Shown piece by piece: positions 19,949 to 20,000 of a DNA stretch of 20,000 nt. The DNA is from Rhizaria sp. SCN 62-66 (taxonomy: Eukaryota), in the NCBI GenBank assembly GCA_001724265.1, contig MEDY01000143.1, positions 46,632 to 66,631 of the forward strand, written 5' to 3'. The notes under the pieces are model-generated. The model worked only from the letters and a program-made list of their open reading frames with translations. It was not told the origin of the DNA and searched no databases. Positions within the stretch are counted from its first letter, which is position 1. The number at the start of each line of letters is the position of its first letter. The translations under genes and the position numbers were made by a program.

Positions 19949-20000
19949 ATGACCTCTGAGTTCTCTCGGCCGCCGCAGCCTCTGTGGCACCCCCAGCCTC
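19949..20000 (+). CDS. Possible start of the next gene (3'-partial), MTSEFSRPPQPLWHPQP...
   Basis: ATG at 19949 coincides with the AT-rich to GC-rich shift and the frame is open to the window end. Only 17 codons are visible. Confidence 0.3.
   Translation, partial: MTSEFSRPPQPLWHPQP

Noticed and set aside
1..20000. Prokaryotic-type systems (CRISPR, operons, defence islands), transposase or reverse transcriptase, kinetoplastid-style polycistronic cluster
   Set aside because: No repeat-spacer array or recognisable catalytic motifs; cis-introns and alternating gene orientation indicate a conventional eukaryotic locus.

Overview
Eukaryotic (protist-like) nuclear DNA. GC-rich coding blocks are separated by short AT-rich spacers, GT-AG introns are present, and genes alternate strand. 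In order: (A) the spliced 3' end of a + strand coiled-coil gene (1..366) missed by the ORF track; (B) a - strand ARM/alpha-solenoid-like gene whose two ORFs (3391..2996, 2890..770) share one frame and are separated by a single TAG; (C) a 966-aa multi-pass membrane protein with low-complexity linkers (3800..6700, +); (D) a ~3650-aa - strand protein (18773..7728) with one stop-free 99-nt intron, whose sparse ordered segments resemble MKT1-family motifs in the right order; (E) a possibly structured non-coding island near 19.6-19.8 kb and a possible + strand gene start at 19949. Family assignments are by eye from remembered consensus sequences, and no search was run. No tRNA, rRNA, CRISPR array or recognisable transposon was found.
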